DNA of 51,356 bases from Acidobacteriota bacterium (GTDB lineage: Bacteria; Acidobacteriota; Polarisedimenticolia; Gp22-AA2). Positions within the stretch are counted from its first letter, which is position 1. Each line of letters begins with the position of its first letter. The position numbers were made by a program, and so were the translations under genes. This document shows, piece after piece, positions 9,269 through 19,954 of this stretch. The stretch spans positions 1-51,356 of the forward strand of contig JANNTZ010000325.1 in the NCBI GenBank assembly GCA_031394595.1, read 5' to 3'. The notes below the pieces were generated by a model. The model was not told where the DNA came from. It searched no databases and was given only the letters and a program-made list of their open reading frames with translations.

Positions 9269-10104
9269 TGCGCGGCCTCTCCCGGGTCACCCTCCGGTTT
9301 CAACACGACGAGGATCTCCTCGACCCTCCGGAAGTCGACCTCCGGCCTGATCTCGATGACCTGCGTGAGTCCGTCTCCCTGACCGACGGCGACGACGATC
9401 CCGAGGATCCCGCCCTTCGGGTGGATTTGATCCAGACCGGATGTGACCACGACGTCGCCGACCTCGATCGGGACGAGGTCGCTGACGTACTCCATCCGCA
9501 GCCCGTTCTCGCCCGCTCCCACGACGATTCCCTGGACCCGGGTGCGCTGCACGATCGCGGCAACGGCCGAGTTCGGGTCAAGGATTGTCTGCACCTTGCT
9601 GGCGGAGGCCGAGACGTCGATCACGCGGCCCACGACACCCCGCGGGGTGACCACCGGCTGGTTCGGCCGGATCTTGTCGGCGCGCCCGCGGTCGATCAGG
9701 AAGACACGCGCCCCCTCGGCGCTCTCCTTGCCGATGACCCGGGCCGCCACCGTCTCAAAGGGGGTGCCGGCCTTGAGTCCCAGCAGGTCGCGCAGACGGG
9801 CCAGTTCCTGGCGCGTCTCCTCGCCGGCATTGGCCTGCTCCGCCAGCACCGTGAGGCGCTGGTGCAGGCGCGCGTTCTCCTGCGCCGCTCCGCGCAGATC
9901 CACGTAGGAGCTCCAGGTGCCGCCAACCCCCCCGGCGACCCAGGACGCGGCGCCGAGGAAGGGCGCTCCAATGGCGAGCACCGAGTCCTGCAGGAGGCTC
10001 CCGCGGCCGCCACCGCGAAGACGCGAGGACATGAGTACCAAGTTGCCGGCGAGCAATGCCAGCAGCAGGAGGGATGGTTTGCGCTCGGCGATGAGGAGGG
10101 CCAT
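9265..10104 (-). CDS. mreC: Rod shape-determining protein MreC
   Basis: TM + coiled coil + GVVGRV...GDVVVTSGLDQIHPKG. 4-bp overlap with mreD. Confidence 0.93.
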   Translation of the reverse strand: MALLIAERKPSLLLLALLAGNLVLMSSRLRGGGRGSLLQDSVLAIGAPFLGAASWVAGGVGGTWSSYVDLRGAAQENARLHQRLTVLAEQANAGEETRQELARLRDLLGLKAGTPFETVAARVIGKESAEGARVFLIDRGRADKIRPNQPVVTPRGVVGRVIDVSASASKVQTILDPNSAVAAIVQRTRVQGIVVGAGENGLRMEYVSDLVPIEVGDVVVTSGLDQIHPKGGILGIVVAVGQGDGLTQVIEIRPEVDFRRVEEILVVLKPEGDPGEAAQ

Positions 10105-10147
10105 GGACGCAGCGTCTCACCACCGGCTGCAGGCCGGGGGCCGGATT

Positions 10148-11179
10148 TCAGTCGATGGCGATCTTGCGCAGGAGATTGAAGTCATCCAGCATCTTTCCCG
10201 TGCCCAGCACGACGGACGCCTGGGGGTCGTCCGCCATCGAGACGGGAAGGCCGGTCTCCTCGCGGAGGCGCTTGTCCAGGTTCTTGAGCTGCGATCCGCC
10301 TCCGGTCAGGACGATCCCCTTGTCCACAATGTCGGCGGACAGCTCCGGCGGGGTCTGCTCCAGCGCCACCCGCACCGCTTCGATGATATTGGACACCGTC
10401 TCGGAGAGGGCCTCGCGGATCTCCTCGTCGGAAACCACCAGGGTCTTGGGGATCCCTTCGACGAGGTCGCGGCCCTTGATTTCCATGGTCAGCTCCTCGT
10501 CGAGCGGGAAGGCGGAGCCGATGTTGATCTTGATCTCCTCGGCCGTGCGCTCGCCGACCAGCAGATTGTACTTGCGCTTGATGTACTGGATGATGTCCTC
10601 ATCCATGCGGTTGCCGGCGATGCGCACCGAACGCGAGTAGACGATCCCCGCCATGGAGATCACGGCGACGTCGGTTGTCCCCCCGCCGATGTCGACGATC
10701 ATGTTCCCGGTCGGCTCGGTGACCGGCAGACCGGCCCCGATCGCCGCCGCCATCGCCTCCTCGACCAGGTAGACCTCCGAAGCCTTGGCACGGTAGGCGG
10801 AATCCTTCACGGCCCGTTTCTCCACCTGGGTGATGTCCGAGGGAACGCAGATTACGATGCGCGGGCGGACGCCCAGCGAGCGGTTGTGGACCTTTTTGAT
10901 GAAATAGTCCAGCATCTTCTCGGTATGCTCGAAATCGGCAATGACGCCGTCCTTCATCGGCCGGATGGCAATAATGTTGGCCGGGGTGCGGCCGAGCATC
11001 TCCTTGGCTTCCTTACCGACCGCCTCGATCTTGCCGGTCCGCTGGTTGACCGCGATGATCGAGGGCTCGCACAGCACGATCCCCTTCCCCTTGACGTACA
11101 CCAAGGTGGTCGCCGTCCCGAGGTCGATGGCAAGGTCGTTGGAGAACAGACTGAGGATCGACCGCGGATTCCACGCCAT
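10148..11179 (-). CDS. mreB: Rod shape-determining actin homolog MreB
   Basis: [41 protein letters not shown]. Start chosen at ATG 11179. Confidence 0.97.
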   Translation of the reverse strand: MAWNPRSILSLFSNDLAIDLGTATTLVYVKGKGIVLCEPSIIAVNQRTGKIEAVGKEAKEMLGRTPANIIAIRPMKDGVIADFEHTEKMLDYFIKKVHNRSLGVRPRIVICVPSDITQVEKRAVKDSAYRAKASEVYLVEEAMAAAIGAGLPVTEPTGNMIVDIGGGTTDVAVISMAGIVYSRSVRIAGNRMDEDIIQYIKRKYNLLVGERTAEEIKINIGSAFPLDEELTMEIKGRDLVEGIPKTLVVSDEEIREALSETVSNIIEAVRVALEQTPPELSADIVDKGIVLTGGGSQLKNLDKRLREETGLPVSMADDPQASVVLGTGKMLDDFNLLRKIAID

Positions 11180-11283
11180 AGTCGCGCCCACCTGCGCCTC
11201 CTCCTAACTGTTGATCACGAGCCGGGGCGTCGTCCGCGCAAAAGACCGTGCGACAACGCTTTACGGACCACCGGCGGCGTCAA

Positions 11284-11312
11284 ATCTTAGTGCCCGGTTC
11301 TCCCGAAGTCAA
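11284..11312 (-). promoter_or_regulatory. sigma70 promoter for the mre-mrd operon
   Basis: TTGACT (11312-11307), 17 bp spacer, TAAGAT (11289-11284). Confidence 0.65.
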
Positions 11313-11335
11313 ATGCCCGACTTGACCGGCCCGCA

Positions 11336-12394
11336 CTATCCGGCCGCAGCGGCGGCCGACAGGACCGCGTCCCCGGTTCCCGCCACCGTCACGCTGTTCT
11401 TGCCGCGCCCCTTGGCGGCGTACATCGCCTGGTCAGCGCGCGCGATCAGGTCGTCCTTGGTCCGGCCATGATCGGGAAAGGTCGCGATCCCGAGGCTCGC
11501 CGTGATCCGCACGCGCCGGCCGTGCGACTCCAGGAACGGCGTCTCCTCGATCCGCTGCCGGATCCGGTCCGCGATGGTGTACGCCCCTTCCGGACCGGTC
11601 TGCGGCAGGATCACGGTGAACTCGTCGCCTCCGTAGCGCGACACCACGTCGATCTCGCGCACCGTGCTGCGGATCACCTCGCCGACCTCGACCAGCGTCC
11701 GGCTCCCCCACAGGTGTCCGTGTCGATCATTGACCTCCTTGAAGCCGTCGAGATCCAAAAAGATCAGCGACACCGGCGTCCGATAGCGGCGGCTGCGCTC
11801 CACCTCGCGACGGAGCATGGCGTTCAGGTACCGCGAGTTGTAAAGCTTGGTCAGATCATCGGTCACCGAGAGGTCTTCGGATCGGCGCAGCAGCACCGCA
11901 TTGTCGAGCGCCACGGCGGCAGGTTCCAGAAGCAGCGCCAGAAGGTCCTGCGACCGCGGCCGCAGGCGTCGGGAACCGGCCGGCAGGATCGCCTCGGCGA
12001 CGGCAACCAGTCGGCCGCGGCTGAAGAGCGGTACCGCCAGCACCGCGCTGGTGCGGAACGCCGGCGGGAGTTCCGTGGCGGCGATGGCGTTCCCCGCTCC
12101 AGGCCGCGGCACCCAGAGGACGGATCGCGTCTGCACCGCGCGCCCGGCGATGCCGTCCTGGATCGGCATCGTCCGTCCGCGCAGCGATCCCAGCCCTTCG
12201 CCGAGCGTGCGCTCCACCCGCAGGACCCCCTGCTCGGGATCGGCGTACAGGAACAGGAGCGCGCGCAGGCGGAACCTGGTGCGGGCCCTCTCCATCGCCA
12301 GGTCGATGATCTTCAAGGGATCGAGGTCGCTGGCGGTGGCCCGCACCACGTCGGCCAGCGCACGAAGCAGGGGATGCGAGTCGGGAACGGGCAT
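11336..12394 (-). CDS. GAF + GGDEF diguanylate cyclase
   Basis: DDLTKLYN, DLDGFKEVND.HGHLWG, RYGGDEF active site preceded by REID (RxxD I-site). Confidence 0.93.
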   Translation of the reverse strand: MPVPDSHPLLRALADVVRATASDLDPLKIIDLAMERARTRFRLRALLFLYADPEQGVLRVERTLGEGLGSLRGRTMPIQDGIAGRAVQTRSVLWVPRPGAGNAIAATELPPAFRTSAVLAVPLFSRGRLVAVAEAILPAGSRRLRPRSQDLLALLLEPAAVALDNAVLLRRSEDLSVTDDLTKLYNSRYLNAMLRREVERSRRYRTPVSLIFLDLDGFKEVNDRHGHLWGSRTLVEVGEVIRSTVREIDVVSRYGGDEFTVILPQTGPEGAYTIADRIRQRIEETPFLESHGRRVRITASLGIATFPDHGRTKDDLIARADQAMYAAKGRGKNSVTVAGTGDAVLSAAAAAG

Positions 12395-12405
12395 CGGCGG
12401 CGCGC

Positions 12406-13854
12406 TCAGAAGGACTCGACGTAGACCTGGCGGCGCAGCCGCGCCTGGTTGCCGGCTGGATCCTGCGCCACGATGTCCAGGTCGTTCACGCCGTCCCGCT
12501 TCAGGCGGATCACGGCGGTGAATCCCCCATCCTCGTAGACATCCACGTTCTGGCCGTCGATCGACAGGACCGCCCCCGGCTCGGTCCGGCCGCTGATGAT
12601 CAGCATGTGACCGCTGGGCAGGAAATCGACGACCTCCAGCGGAGGCGGCACCCGGTCGTCGGCGCGGATTTCGGCGGCGTCACCGATCTTGAATTTCCGG
12701 GTCTCGGAAAAGGGACTCTCCACCTGGGAGGCGTCGACGCTCGAGACGCGCCAGTAGTAATGCCCCGGCTTCAGACCGGGGATCTGGACGCTGCTCGACT
12801 TGATATCAGACTTGTCCAGCATCAGGTCCCCGAACAGTCCCGTCCGGGCAATCTGGAGACGATAGCGGGTGGCACCAGTCTGGCCGCTCCAGCGCAGGAC
12901 GGTCGGGGGCGCGCTGCCGCTTTCGTGCACGAACACCCGCTGGTCGGCCGGCTCCAGGAGCCGTGGCGCCGGAAGAATCGTGTGGCGGCTGACGATGGTG
13001 TCCCCCGCCACTTCGATCCGCTCCAGCGGTTTCAGCGTGACGCGTGTGGTGCCGGTCGTCACCTCGGTATTGCCGCTATGAACCTCGGTGCGTGTGCGTC
13101 GGGTCTCCGCATCGATGGCCACGTCGATCTGCGACCGGCTCACGGATCGCGCCGTGGACGAGTCGGTGGCAACTTCGTGGAACGAGCCGGCGACGTTCGC
13201 CTCCGGAGTGGTCGCCGAAACGCCGCCGCGGGCCAGCTTCTCGCGGACCTTGCGGACCTTCGTGGTCGGGTCCTCGAACAGTTCGCGAATCTCGAGGAGC
13301 GACCCCGGCTTGAGCGTGGTGATCGTGCCGTCGAAGTAGATGATCTGGGCCGACCCGTTGCTCGCCGTCTTGATCTGGTCGCCGACCCGCAGGGCGGTGT
13401 TGCTGCCGATCCCGTCCCAGACGAACTGGCGGGCCCGTTTAACCTTGACGTCGCCCTCATGTTTGTAGATGCGCGCGGTGAACGCCTCCCCCTCGGCGCC
13501 CTCGAGCGCCTTGTGGGAAAACGACTGGGACTGCTGGGCGGATGCGCGGGCCTCGACAAAATCCCCGCGATTGTAGGAGAGGCGAGCGGCACCAAGTAGC
13601 TTTCCCGCGCTCTCGACCACCCGGGCCATGTCGGGTTTGGCGTTGGCCTGTGCCTCCCGCAGCAACCGCTCCGCGCGACCGATCTCCTGGAGGGCGACCT
13701 CCTCGGGGGTGGTCGCGCGGGCGGCCTGGAGGTACCAGACCGTCCCCCCGGCCGCCAGCAGCAGGACCAGGTAAACCATCCCCCGCATGATGCTCTTGTA
13801 GGAGATGGTCGCCCAATCGAGAAGGACCTGGGGTTTCTGATTTCCTGCCGGCAT
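12406..13854 (-). CDS. Membrane-anchored FecR-like domain protein with Fn3/Ig-like C-terminal domains
   Basis: One TM near the N-terminus, a helical linker, FecR-like GDVKVKR...LRVGDQIKTASNGSAQIIYFDG, Fn3-like LRWS..YRLQIA..YYWRVSS, and a C-terminal Ig-like domain. Start uncertain (13854 or 13902). Confidence 0.7.
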   Translation of the reverse strand: MPAGNQKPQVLLDWATISYKSIMRGMVYLVLLLAAGGTVWYLQAARATTPEEVALQEIGRAERLLREAQANAKPDMARVVESAGKLLGAARLSYNRGDFVEARASAQQSQSFSHKALEGAEGEAFTARIYKHEGDVKVKRARQFVWDGIGSNTALRVGDQIKTASNGSAQIIYFDGTITTLKPGSLLEIRELFEDPTTKVRKVREKLARGGVSATTPEANVAGSFHEVATDSSTARSVSRSQIDVAIDAETRRTRTEVHSGNTEVTTGTTRVTLKPLERIEVAGDTIVSRHTILPAPRLLEPADQRVFVHESGSAPPTVLRWSGQTGATRYRLQIARTGLFGDLMLDKSDIKSSSVQIPGLKPGHYYWRVSSVDASQVESPFSETRKFKIGDAAEIRADDRVPPPLEVVDFLPSGHMLIISGRTEPGAVLSIDGQNVDVYEDGGFTAVIRLKRDGVNDLDIVAQDPAGNQARLRRQVYVESF

Positions 13855-14030
13855 CTTCGTCTGTAACCCCGGAGCGCGCTGTCCCCGATCCGCCGTCATC
13901 ATACGCAACTCGCTGATCTGAAGCAGGTTGCGTCTTCCGACGGCACCGCCGCCCTGATCCTCCGACCCGGTGCCGGCGCTATCAATATAGGAGCGGAGAA
14001 AGTCGAGGCAAGGGATGCGGACAAAATGAC

Positions 14031-14059
14031 TTGCGCGCGATCCACCCACCCGCTAGACT
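14031..14059 (+). promoter_or_regulatory. sigma70 promoter for the PpiD-like gene
   Basis: TTGCGC, 17 bp spacer, TAGACT. Confidence 0.5.
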
Positions 14060-14088
14060 TGTCATTCCCGTTTCCTGGAGCCGTGCCA

Positions 14089-15984
14089 ATGCTGCAGCAG
14101 ATGCGCGATGGGTTTCGCTACCTGAAGTGGGTCCTTCTTGTCATCGTGGCGATGTTCGTCTGGTGGTCGTTCGACCCCAGCGGCCGGAGTGCGCCTCGAA
14201 CGGATGGGGTCTGGGCTGCCCGCATCAATGGCGAGGAGGTCTCCGCCGCGGCGTTCCAGAACCAGGCGCGCCGGCTCGACAGCACGTATCAGAACCTCCT
14301 CGGTGCGCAATACGCCCAGCAGCGCGGCTTCCTGCGGGTCGGCCGGCAGGCCATCGACAGCCTCATCGAGATGGAACTTCTCTACCAGGAGGCGATCCGG
14401 CAGGGAGTGGCGGTGTCCGCGGACGAGGTCGCCGAGGCGATCACCCGCGATCCCAATCTCCAGGAAAACGGCCGGTTCGTCGGCCTCGACCGGTACCGCG
14501 ATCTGTTCGGCGGCAACCGCAGCATGATCGAGAACTACGAGACCCAGGTGCGGCGTGGCCTGATCATCGACAAATTCCGCAGTCTGATCCAGGACGGCAT
14601 CGGCGCCTCCGACAAGGAGGTGCTCGACGAGTTTGTCCGGCGGAATGAGAAGGCCACCGTCGACTACGTGGTCCTCGACCCCGCGAACATGGGCATCCCG
14701 AAGCCGAACGAGGCGGCGGTCGCATCCCATTACGAAGCCCACCGGGATCGTTACTCCCGCGGCGAAGGCCGGACCGGCCGGTACGTCATGTTCAACGCGG
14801 CCGATTTCGCCGCCGCGGTGCAGGTCACCGACGCCCACATCGAGACCGCCTACAACGGGGCGCGGGCCACACGCTTCAGCCAGCCGGAGCAGCGCCGGGC
14901 CGCGCACATCCTGTTCAAGGTCGCGTCCGACGCCTCCCCCGAAGCCAGGGCGAAGACGGAGCGCGAGGCGCGCGCGGTCCTGGCGCGTGCCAAGGGCGGA
15001 GAGGATTTCGCGGCGCTGGCGAGGAAGCATTCCCAGGACACCTCGGCGGCGAACGGCGGCGACCTCGGCTTTTTCGGCCGCGGACAGATGGTCCCCGAGT
15101 TCGAAACCGCAGCCTTCGGTCTCGCAGTCGGGCAGGTCAGCGACCTCGTCGAGTCACCCTTCGGGTTCCACATCATCAAGGTCACCGAGACGCGCGCCGC
15201 CCGTGAGATCCCCCTCGACGAAGTCCGGCAGTCGCTGCGTGATGAGATCCAGCGCACCCGCGCCCGGGAGGAGATCGCCACCCGCAGCGCCGAAATGGCC
15301 GGTGCCGCCGCGGGCGGGCGGTTGGAAGAGGCGGCCCGGGCCCGGTCGCTCGAAGTCCGCGACACGGGAACGGTGCGTCCGGGCGAGGCCCTGGCCGGCG
15401 TCGCAGCGTCGCAGGCGGTTACGGCCCGGATGATGACCCTCGCGGCCGGAGAAATCAGCGACCCGGTTGCCACGCCGTCCGGGATGGTGATCGTCCAGGT
15501 GACCGGGACGGTCCCGCCCGAACCGCGTCCGCTCGACGAGGTGCGCGCCCAGGTCCGCAAGGATCTCGAGGATGAACTGGCCCGCGCCGCGGCCGCGGAG
15601 TCGGTCCGCGCGGCGCGTGGATCGAAGGAGGCGTTGCGCGCCATCGCACGCCGCTTCCGCGCCGAGATCAAGACGCAGGCCGACGTGACGCGGGGAACCT
15701 CTCTTTCCGGACTTCCCCCGACGCCCGCCCTCGAGACGCAGATCTTCTCCCTGGATCCCGCATCACCGGGCGATCCGGTCACCACGCCGTCGGGGATCGT
15801 CGTGATCAGCGTCAAGGAACGCCACGATCCGCGGGCCGAGTTCGAGGCGCAGAAGGCAGGAGTTCGCGAGGGGCTGGTTCGCCAGCGCCAGGACCGGTTC
15901 TACCGCTCGGTGGTCCGCCGGTTGCGCGAGCAGGGCGACGTCGAGGTCAACGAAGCGCTCGTCCGGTCTGTCGACCAGGCCTGA
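14089..15984 (+). CDS. ppiD: PpiD-like periplasmic chaperone / parvulin peptidyl-prolyl isomerase with SurA-type N-terminal domain
   Basis: N-terminal TM (MLQQMR...[10 protein letters not shown]), SurA_N region, rotamase motifs [48 protein letters not shown]. Confidence 0.88.
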   Translation: MLQQMRDGFRYLKWVLLVIVAMFVWWSFDPSGRSAPRTDGVWAARINGEEVSAAAFQNQARRLDSTYQNLLGAQYAQQRGFLRVGRQAIDSLIEMELLYQEAIRQGVAVSADEVAEAITRDPNLQENGRFVGLDRYRDLFGGNRSMIENYETQVRRGLIIDKFRSLIQDGIGASDKEVLDEFVRRNEKATVDYVVLDPANMGIPKPNEAAVASHYEAHRDRYSRGEGRTGRYVMFNAADFAAAVQVTDAHIETAYNGARATRFSQPEQRRAAHILFKVASDASPEARAKTEREARAVLARAKGGEDFAALARKHSQDTSAANGGDLGFFGRGQMVPEFETAAFGLAVGQVSDLVESPFGFHIIKVTETRAAREIPLDEVRQSLRDEIQRTRAREEIATRSAEMAGAAAGGRLEEAARARSLEVRDTGTVRPGEALAGVAASQAVTARMMTLAAGEISDPVATPSGMVIVQVTGTVPPEPRPLDEVRAQVRKDLEDELARAAAAESVRAARGSKEALRAIARRFRAEIKTQADVTRGTSLSGLPPTPALETQIFSLDPASPGDPVTTPSGIVVISVKERHDPRAEFEAQKAGVREGLVRQRQDRFYRSVVRRLREQGDVEVNEALVRSVDQA

Positions 15985-16035
15985 GGGTAAGGGTCGCCGC
16001 AGGATCCCGACCGGCGTCCAACTCCGGGGCTCCGA

Positions 16036-19000
16036 TCAGATGGGGGTGGTCGGCGAGGTGGCCGACCCGCCGGCCGTGGACGAAACCGCCACGCTTGCAG
16101 GGTTCGGGATCCCCGACACCACCAGCCGATATATCCCGGACGCCTCGACATAGCTCATCGTTCCAAACCCGACCACCGTGAGGGTCACCGACCCGGGCGG
16201 GTAGTTCGTCGTTGCCTCGACCGTCAGACGGCCATTCGTCGACTGCCAGGTGGCGCGGGTGATCGCCACGACCTCGACCACGTTGTCGATGATGTTGTCA
16301 CAGTTGTCGTCGACGCCGTTGAATACTTCCGTCGCCCCGGGGCGCACCGCCGCGACCGTGTCGTTGCAGTCGCCGCCGCACGACGTGAACCCATCGCCAT
16401 CCTGGTCGAAACCCTCGTCCCGCAGCCCGTCGCAGTCGTTGTCCAGGCCATCGCACAACTCCGGCGCACCCGGGCGGACCGACGCCCGGGTATCGTCACA
16501 GTCGGTGTCGGCCATGACCCCGTCTCCGTCCAGGTCCTGGCAGACGTCACCGATGCCGTTGGCGTCCAGATCGCGCTGGTCCGGGTTCACCAGCACGAGA
16601 CAGTTGTCGCAGGCATCGCCGCGGCCGTCACGGTCGACGTCCTGCTGGAGACCGTTGATCGACAGCGGGCAGTTGTCGACCAGGTCGAGGACCTGATCCA
16701 GGTCGGTGTCCCGCCCCTGGGGATTGCAGGGCTGGGGGATCGGGCGGACGCTCCCTGAGGTGCCGGCCCCGACGGTCCCTTCGCCACACAGGTTGGTCCC
16801 CGCAGGCATGTAGTAGAAAATCGTCCCCGGCGCCGGTGTCTGCGTGTCCTCGAACGCGGCGGTGGTCGTCTCCGGCAGCAGGCAGAGTGTGTCGAACGCC
16901 CAGGGCCGGGTGACCAGCACGACACCGCGATAAATGTTGTACACGTTGGCCTGGGGCACGGGATCCCATGCGACCCGCGTCCTGCCGGCTGCGTGCGTCA
17001 ATCTTTCGCCAACCACCTCGACGGGGCGGGTGCTCATCGAGTACAGGGCGGGGGCGCAGTCGAGCGCGTCGGGCACTCCGTCGTTGTCGTCGTCCGGATC
17101 GATGCAATCGGACAGCCCGTCACCATCGGTGTCCGGGAACCCCTCATCGACGGACAGATCGCAGTCATCATCCATGCCATTGCAGACCTCGACGCGACCC
17201 GGGTAAACCAGCGGTTCGGCGTCGTTGCAGTCGCCGGCGCACGTCGTCCAGGTGTCACCATCAAGGTCGAAGCCGTCATCGACCAGGAGATCGCAGTCAT
17301 CATCGAGGCCGTTGCAGGCCTCCGCCCGGCCCGGATAGATCAGCGGGTTGGCGTCGTTGCAGTCGCCGCCGCATGGGGTGTGCCCGTCTCCGTCGGCATC
17401 GAAGCCTTCATCCACCGCGGCATCGCAATCGTCATCGATGTTGTTGCAGATTTCGATCACCCCGGGATGGATCCCGGCATTGACGTCGTTACAGTCGCCG
17501 CCGCAGGTCGTGTAGCCATCGGCATCCCGATCGAACCCCTCGTCCACGGCGAGATCGCAGTCGTCGTCGAGCCCGTTGCAGATCTCGGTCGCTCCCGGAT
17601 GAACCGCCGGATTGGCGTCATCGCAGTCGGTGCCCGACGGGTAACCGTCCAGGTCGGCATCGGTCCCCGCATCGGTGGACGACACCCTCAGGTCGTAGGA
17701 CCCATAGATGCCCAGACCGAGGGCGTGCGTGGCGCGCACATACAGGGAGCCGCTCTGGGTCGCGGTATACAGGATGAGCGACGAGAGGTCGGTGGCGCTG
17801 CGGTCGTCGTTGCTCGCGATCACGGTCGTCCCGTTGGCGGCCAACAGGTCCAGGATCGTGTCGGACGCGCCGACGAGATTCAGCGTCTCGATCGTGTACG
17901 ACCCGCCGGCAACCGCATCGAAGACGAACAGGTCGGTGTCGGGCTCCCCGAGAAGATCGTTATTGCCGTCGGCAAAAAATGTCGCATGACGGAGCGCCGG
18001 GCCGACGCCGATCCGGGCGGCGGACGCCACCTGGCCGTTGGGCTCGAACGCGTCCAGGAAATACTCCGCTCCGAGTTCCCGGAAGACCGAGACCATCTCG
18101 GGATGCCGCCGGTTCGGGTTCGGAATGGCGGGGCTGAACCAGCCGTCCCAGAAGTCCTCCAGGCTGATGTACGCCGCCGCCGGGGTCGGCAGGTAGTCGG
18201 TCATGACACGCCAGTAGTCGCGATCGAGATCCTGGAGGAGGTCCCACGCCTCGTCCACCCCATCCGGTCCTCCGCCCGGCCCGTCGTCGGGGGATGCGGG
18301 GCCATCGACGAGATCCCAGAGGGCCGCCAGGACCGTCATCTCACTGGTGGCGCCGCGGCAGACGAATGGCTGCTGCGTCTCGGTGTTGAACGAGAACTGC
18401 AGGTTTCCGGCGCCCGCCAGCCCTGTGGTCCGCACGTACCAGGCACTCCAGGGCAGACCATGATACCGGCGCGCGGAGTTGCCCCAGTACGACGCATGTC
18501 CCTCATCGAACGCCAGCGACATGTTCTGGTTGCAGTCGCTCAGGCGGTGGGTCCCGTAGGGGCTGTTGGTCTTGGAAAAATTCTCGATGATGTAGTGCCC
18601 CATCTCGTGCAGGACCACCGTGTCGTCATAGCCCGCGTTGCGCGCCTGGACGATGGTGTTGTTGCTGTAACTGGACAGGTTGGAGTTGGCGGCATTGAAG
18701 ATCACCAGCAGCGTCGGCGCCGACGCCGGGCCGCCGCGCAGAAAATCGAAGTATTGCGCGCCGTACATGACGGAGTCATACAGATTGAACGCCTCGCCGC
18801 CCACGTTGGGGACCGCGGCCAGCGTCCCGATGTAGAGATCCTGCGTGGAGATGTGGTTGGTGAAGGTCTGCGAGCGGATCGACCAGACATCGCCCGACTG
18901 GTTGCCGGCCCGGACCTCGATTGGCACACCTGAACCCTGCTGCCGCCGCGCCAGACAGCGGACGTAGATGTCCTGGGTCCGATCGGCCACCACGCTCAGG

Positions 19001-19227
19001 ATGAAAAATCCATTGGTGTCGGTGACCCCGGCGCCAATGATCTTCGCGCCGGCGAGAACCTGCACATCGGCCTGGCGGACCGGGGTCGGCACCTCGGTCC
19101 CGAGGAAGCCGTTGGGACCGAAGGGCCGGTCGATGTAGACGAACCGCCCGGTCACGGTGTAGTTGGCCCACACCGGCAGGACCGCGCCGGCCAGCCACAC
19201 GACCGCGAGCGCCATCAGACGCTTCAT
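16036..19227 (-). CDS. Large secreted protein: gluzincin-type zinc metalloprotease domain + PPC domain + Asp/Cys-rich Ca/metal-binding repeats + Fn3-like + TSP3-like repeats
   Basis: Signal peptide MKRLMALAVVWLAGAVLPVWA. VVLHEMGH followed by AFDEGHA. PPC-like DTDLFVF..SYTIET..DTILDL...SNDD. Six DxDxDG..DCxD...PG..E.CNG.DD.CD repeats. DNCP/DACDNC TSP3-like motifs. Confidence 0.8.
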   Translation of the reverse strand: MKRLMALAVVWLAGAVLPVWANYTVTGRFVYIDRPFGPNGFLGTEVPTPVRQADVQVLAGAKIIGAGVTDTNGFFILSVVADRTQDIYVRCLARRQQGSGVPIEVRAGNQSGDVWSIRSQTFTNHISTQDLYIGTLAAVPNVGGEAFNLYDSVMYGAQYFDFLRGGPASAPTLLVIFNAANSNLSSYSNNTIVQARNAGYDDTVVLHEMGHYIIENFSKTNSPYGTHRLSDCNQNMSLAFDEGHASYWGNSARRYHGLPWSAWYVRTTGLAGAGNLQFSFNTETQQPFVCRGATSEMTVLAALWDLVDGPASPDDGPGGGPDGVDEAWDLLQDLDRDYWRVMTDYLPTPAAAYISLEDFWDGWFSPAIPNPNRRHPEMVSVFRELGAEYFLDAFEPNGQVASAARIGVGPALRHATFFADGNNDLLGEPDTDLFVFDAVAGGSYTIETLNLVGASDTILDLLAANGTTVIASNDDRSATDLSSLILYTATQSGSLYVRATHALGLGIYGSYDLRVSSTDAGTDADLDGYPSGTDCDDANPAVHPGATEICNGLDDDCDLAVDEGFDRDADGYTTCGGDCNDVNAGIHPGVIEICNNIDDDCDAAVDEGFDADGDGHTPCGGDCNDANPLIYPGRAEACNGLDDDCDLLVDDGFDLDGDTWTTCAGDCNDAEPLVYPGRVEVCNGMDDDCDLSVDEGFPDTDGDGLSDCIDPDDDNDGVPDALDCAPALYSMSTRPVEVVGERLTHAAGRTRVAWDPVPQANVYNIYRGVVLVTRPWAFDTLCLLPETTTAAFEDTQTPAPGTIFYYMPAGTNLCGEGTVGAGTSGSVRPIPQPCNPQGRDTDLDQVLDLVDNCPLSINGLQQDVDRDGRGDACDNCLVLVNPDQRDLDANGIGDVCQDLDGDGVMADTDCDDTRASVRPGAPELCDGLDNDCDGLRDEGFDQDGDGFTSCGGDCNDTVAAVRPGATEVFNGVDDNCDNIIDNVVEVVAITRATWQSTNGRLTVEATTNYPPGSVTLTVVGFGTMSYVEASGIYRLVVSGIPNPASVAVSSTAGGSATSPTTPI
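16282..16536 (-). repeat. Two further MopE-like repeats near the C-terminus
   Basis: DLDGDG..DCDD..RPGAPELCDGLDNDCD..DEGF and DQDGDGF..DCND..RPGATEVFNGVDDNCD. Confidence 0.8.
17137..17661 (-). repeat. Four tandem ~44-codon MopE-like (putative metal-binding motif) repeats inside the large secreted protein
   Basis: DADLDGY..DCDD..HPGATEICNGLDDDCD..DEGF and three similar units. Confidence 0.85.
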
Positions 19228-19763
19228 CGCGGGCCGTCCTCGATCGGCACCGCCATGACTTCCCAGGCCCCGACGTGGTGCCTTCCCTCCGCCATGCCGC
19301 CGGCGCGCAGCAGGGTCGCCTGGCGCGTCTGGATGATGTCCCCGTCGCCGATCCGGTAGGTCGCCTCCACCTGCACGGCGTGGGTTCCCGTCTGGCGGGC
19401 GTAGAGCATCGTCCCCCACTGTCGGCGCGCGCCGCCCGGCAGGGCGAAGGGCCGGACCGGCAGTGGGTCATCGGAGGTCTGCACACCCTCGGGGAGGACC
19501 AGCTTGAGGGTCACATCCCGCACTTCGGGGCCGGCGTCGATCTCGATCGTCAGGCGCGCCGCGACCCCGCTGTTCCGGACGCGCGAGGGTATCGTCTCAA
19601 GGCGAAGATCGATGCCGAGGGGTGGCATCGGCTCGACAGTGGCACGACCGGAGGGTCCGGCGGGTTGGTCAGCGGCCGGACGGAGCCCAGCGACGGGGGC
19701 AGGCTGGATGACAGCCCCCACCAGCAAGATGCCCAAGATCGCGAGCCGTGGTGCCATGTGCAT
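19224..19763 (-). CDS. Exported hypothetical protein translationally coupled to the metalloprotease gene
   Basis: Signal-peptide-like N-terminus and a beta-rich body. Its TGA overlaps the downstream ATG (ATGA at 19227-19224). Confidence 0.75.
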   Translation of the reverse strand: MHMAPRLAILGILLVGAVIQPAPVAGLRPAADQPAGPSGRATVEPMPPLGIDLRLETIPSRVRNSGVAARLTIEIDAGPEVRDVTLKLVLPEGVQTSDDPLPVRPFALPGGARRQWGTMLYARQTGTHAVQVEATYRIGDGDIIQTRQATLLRAGGMAEGRHHVGAWEVMAVPIEDGPR

Positions 19764-19895
19764 CAGGCGGCATCGCCTCGGAGAACCGGATCGATGGCTC
19801 AGGACTGCCCTGACTCCAGCGCGAAGTCAAATCCCTTAGTACGATGCGCCCCCCTTAAAGTCAAGTAGAATTGACCCTTGCTGCCATCGTGCCCC

Positions 19896-19923
19896 TTGAC
19901 CAGGGCCGGTTTCACCGTACACT
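19896..19923 (+). promoter_or_regulatory. sigma70 promoter for the small ORF plus IscS-like gene
   Basis: TTGACC, 16 bp spacer, TACACT. Confidence 0.55.
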
Positions 19924-19954
19924 TCCGGGTGCGATCGCTCGTGAGGCTAAAGGG

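Noticed and set aside
16282-17661. Regularly spaced DNA repeats resembling an array
   Set aside because: They are degenerate in-frame protein repeats with synonymous variation, not CRISPR repeat-spacer units.
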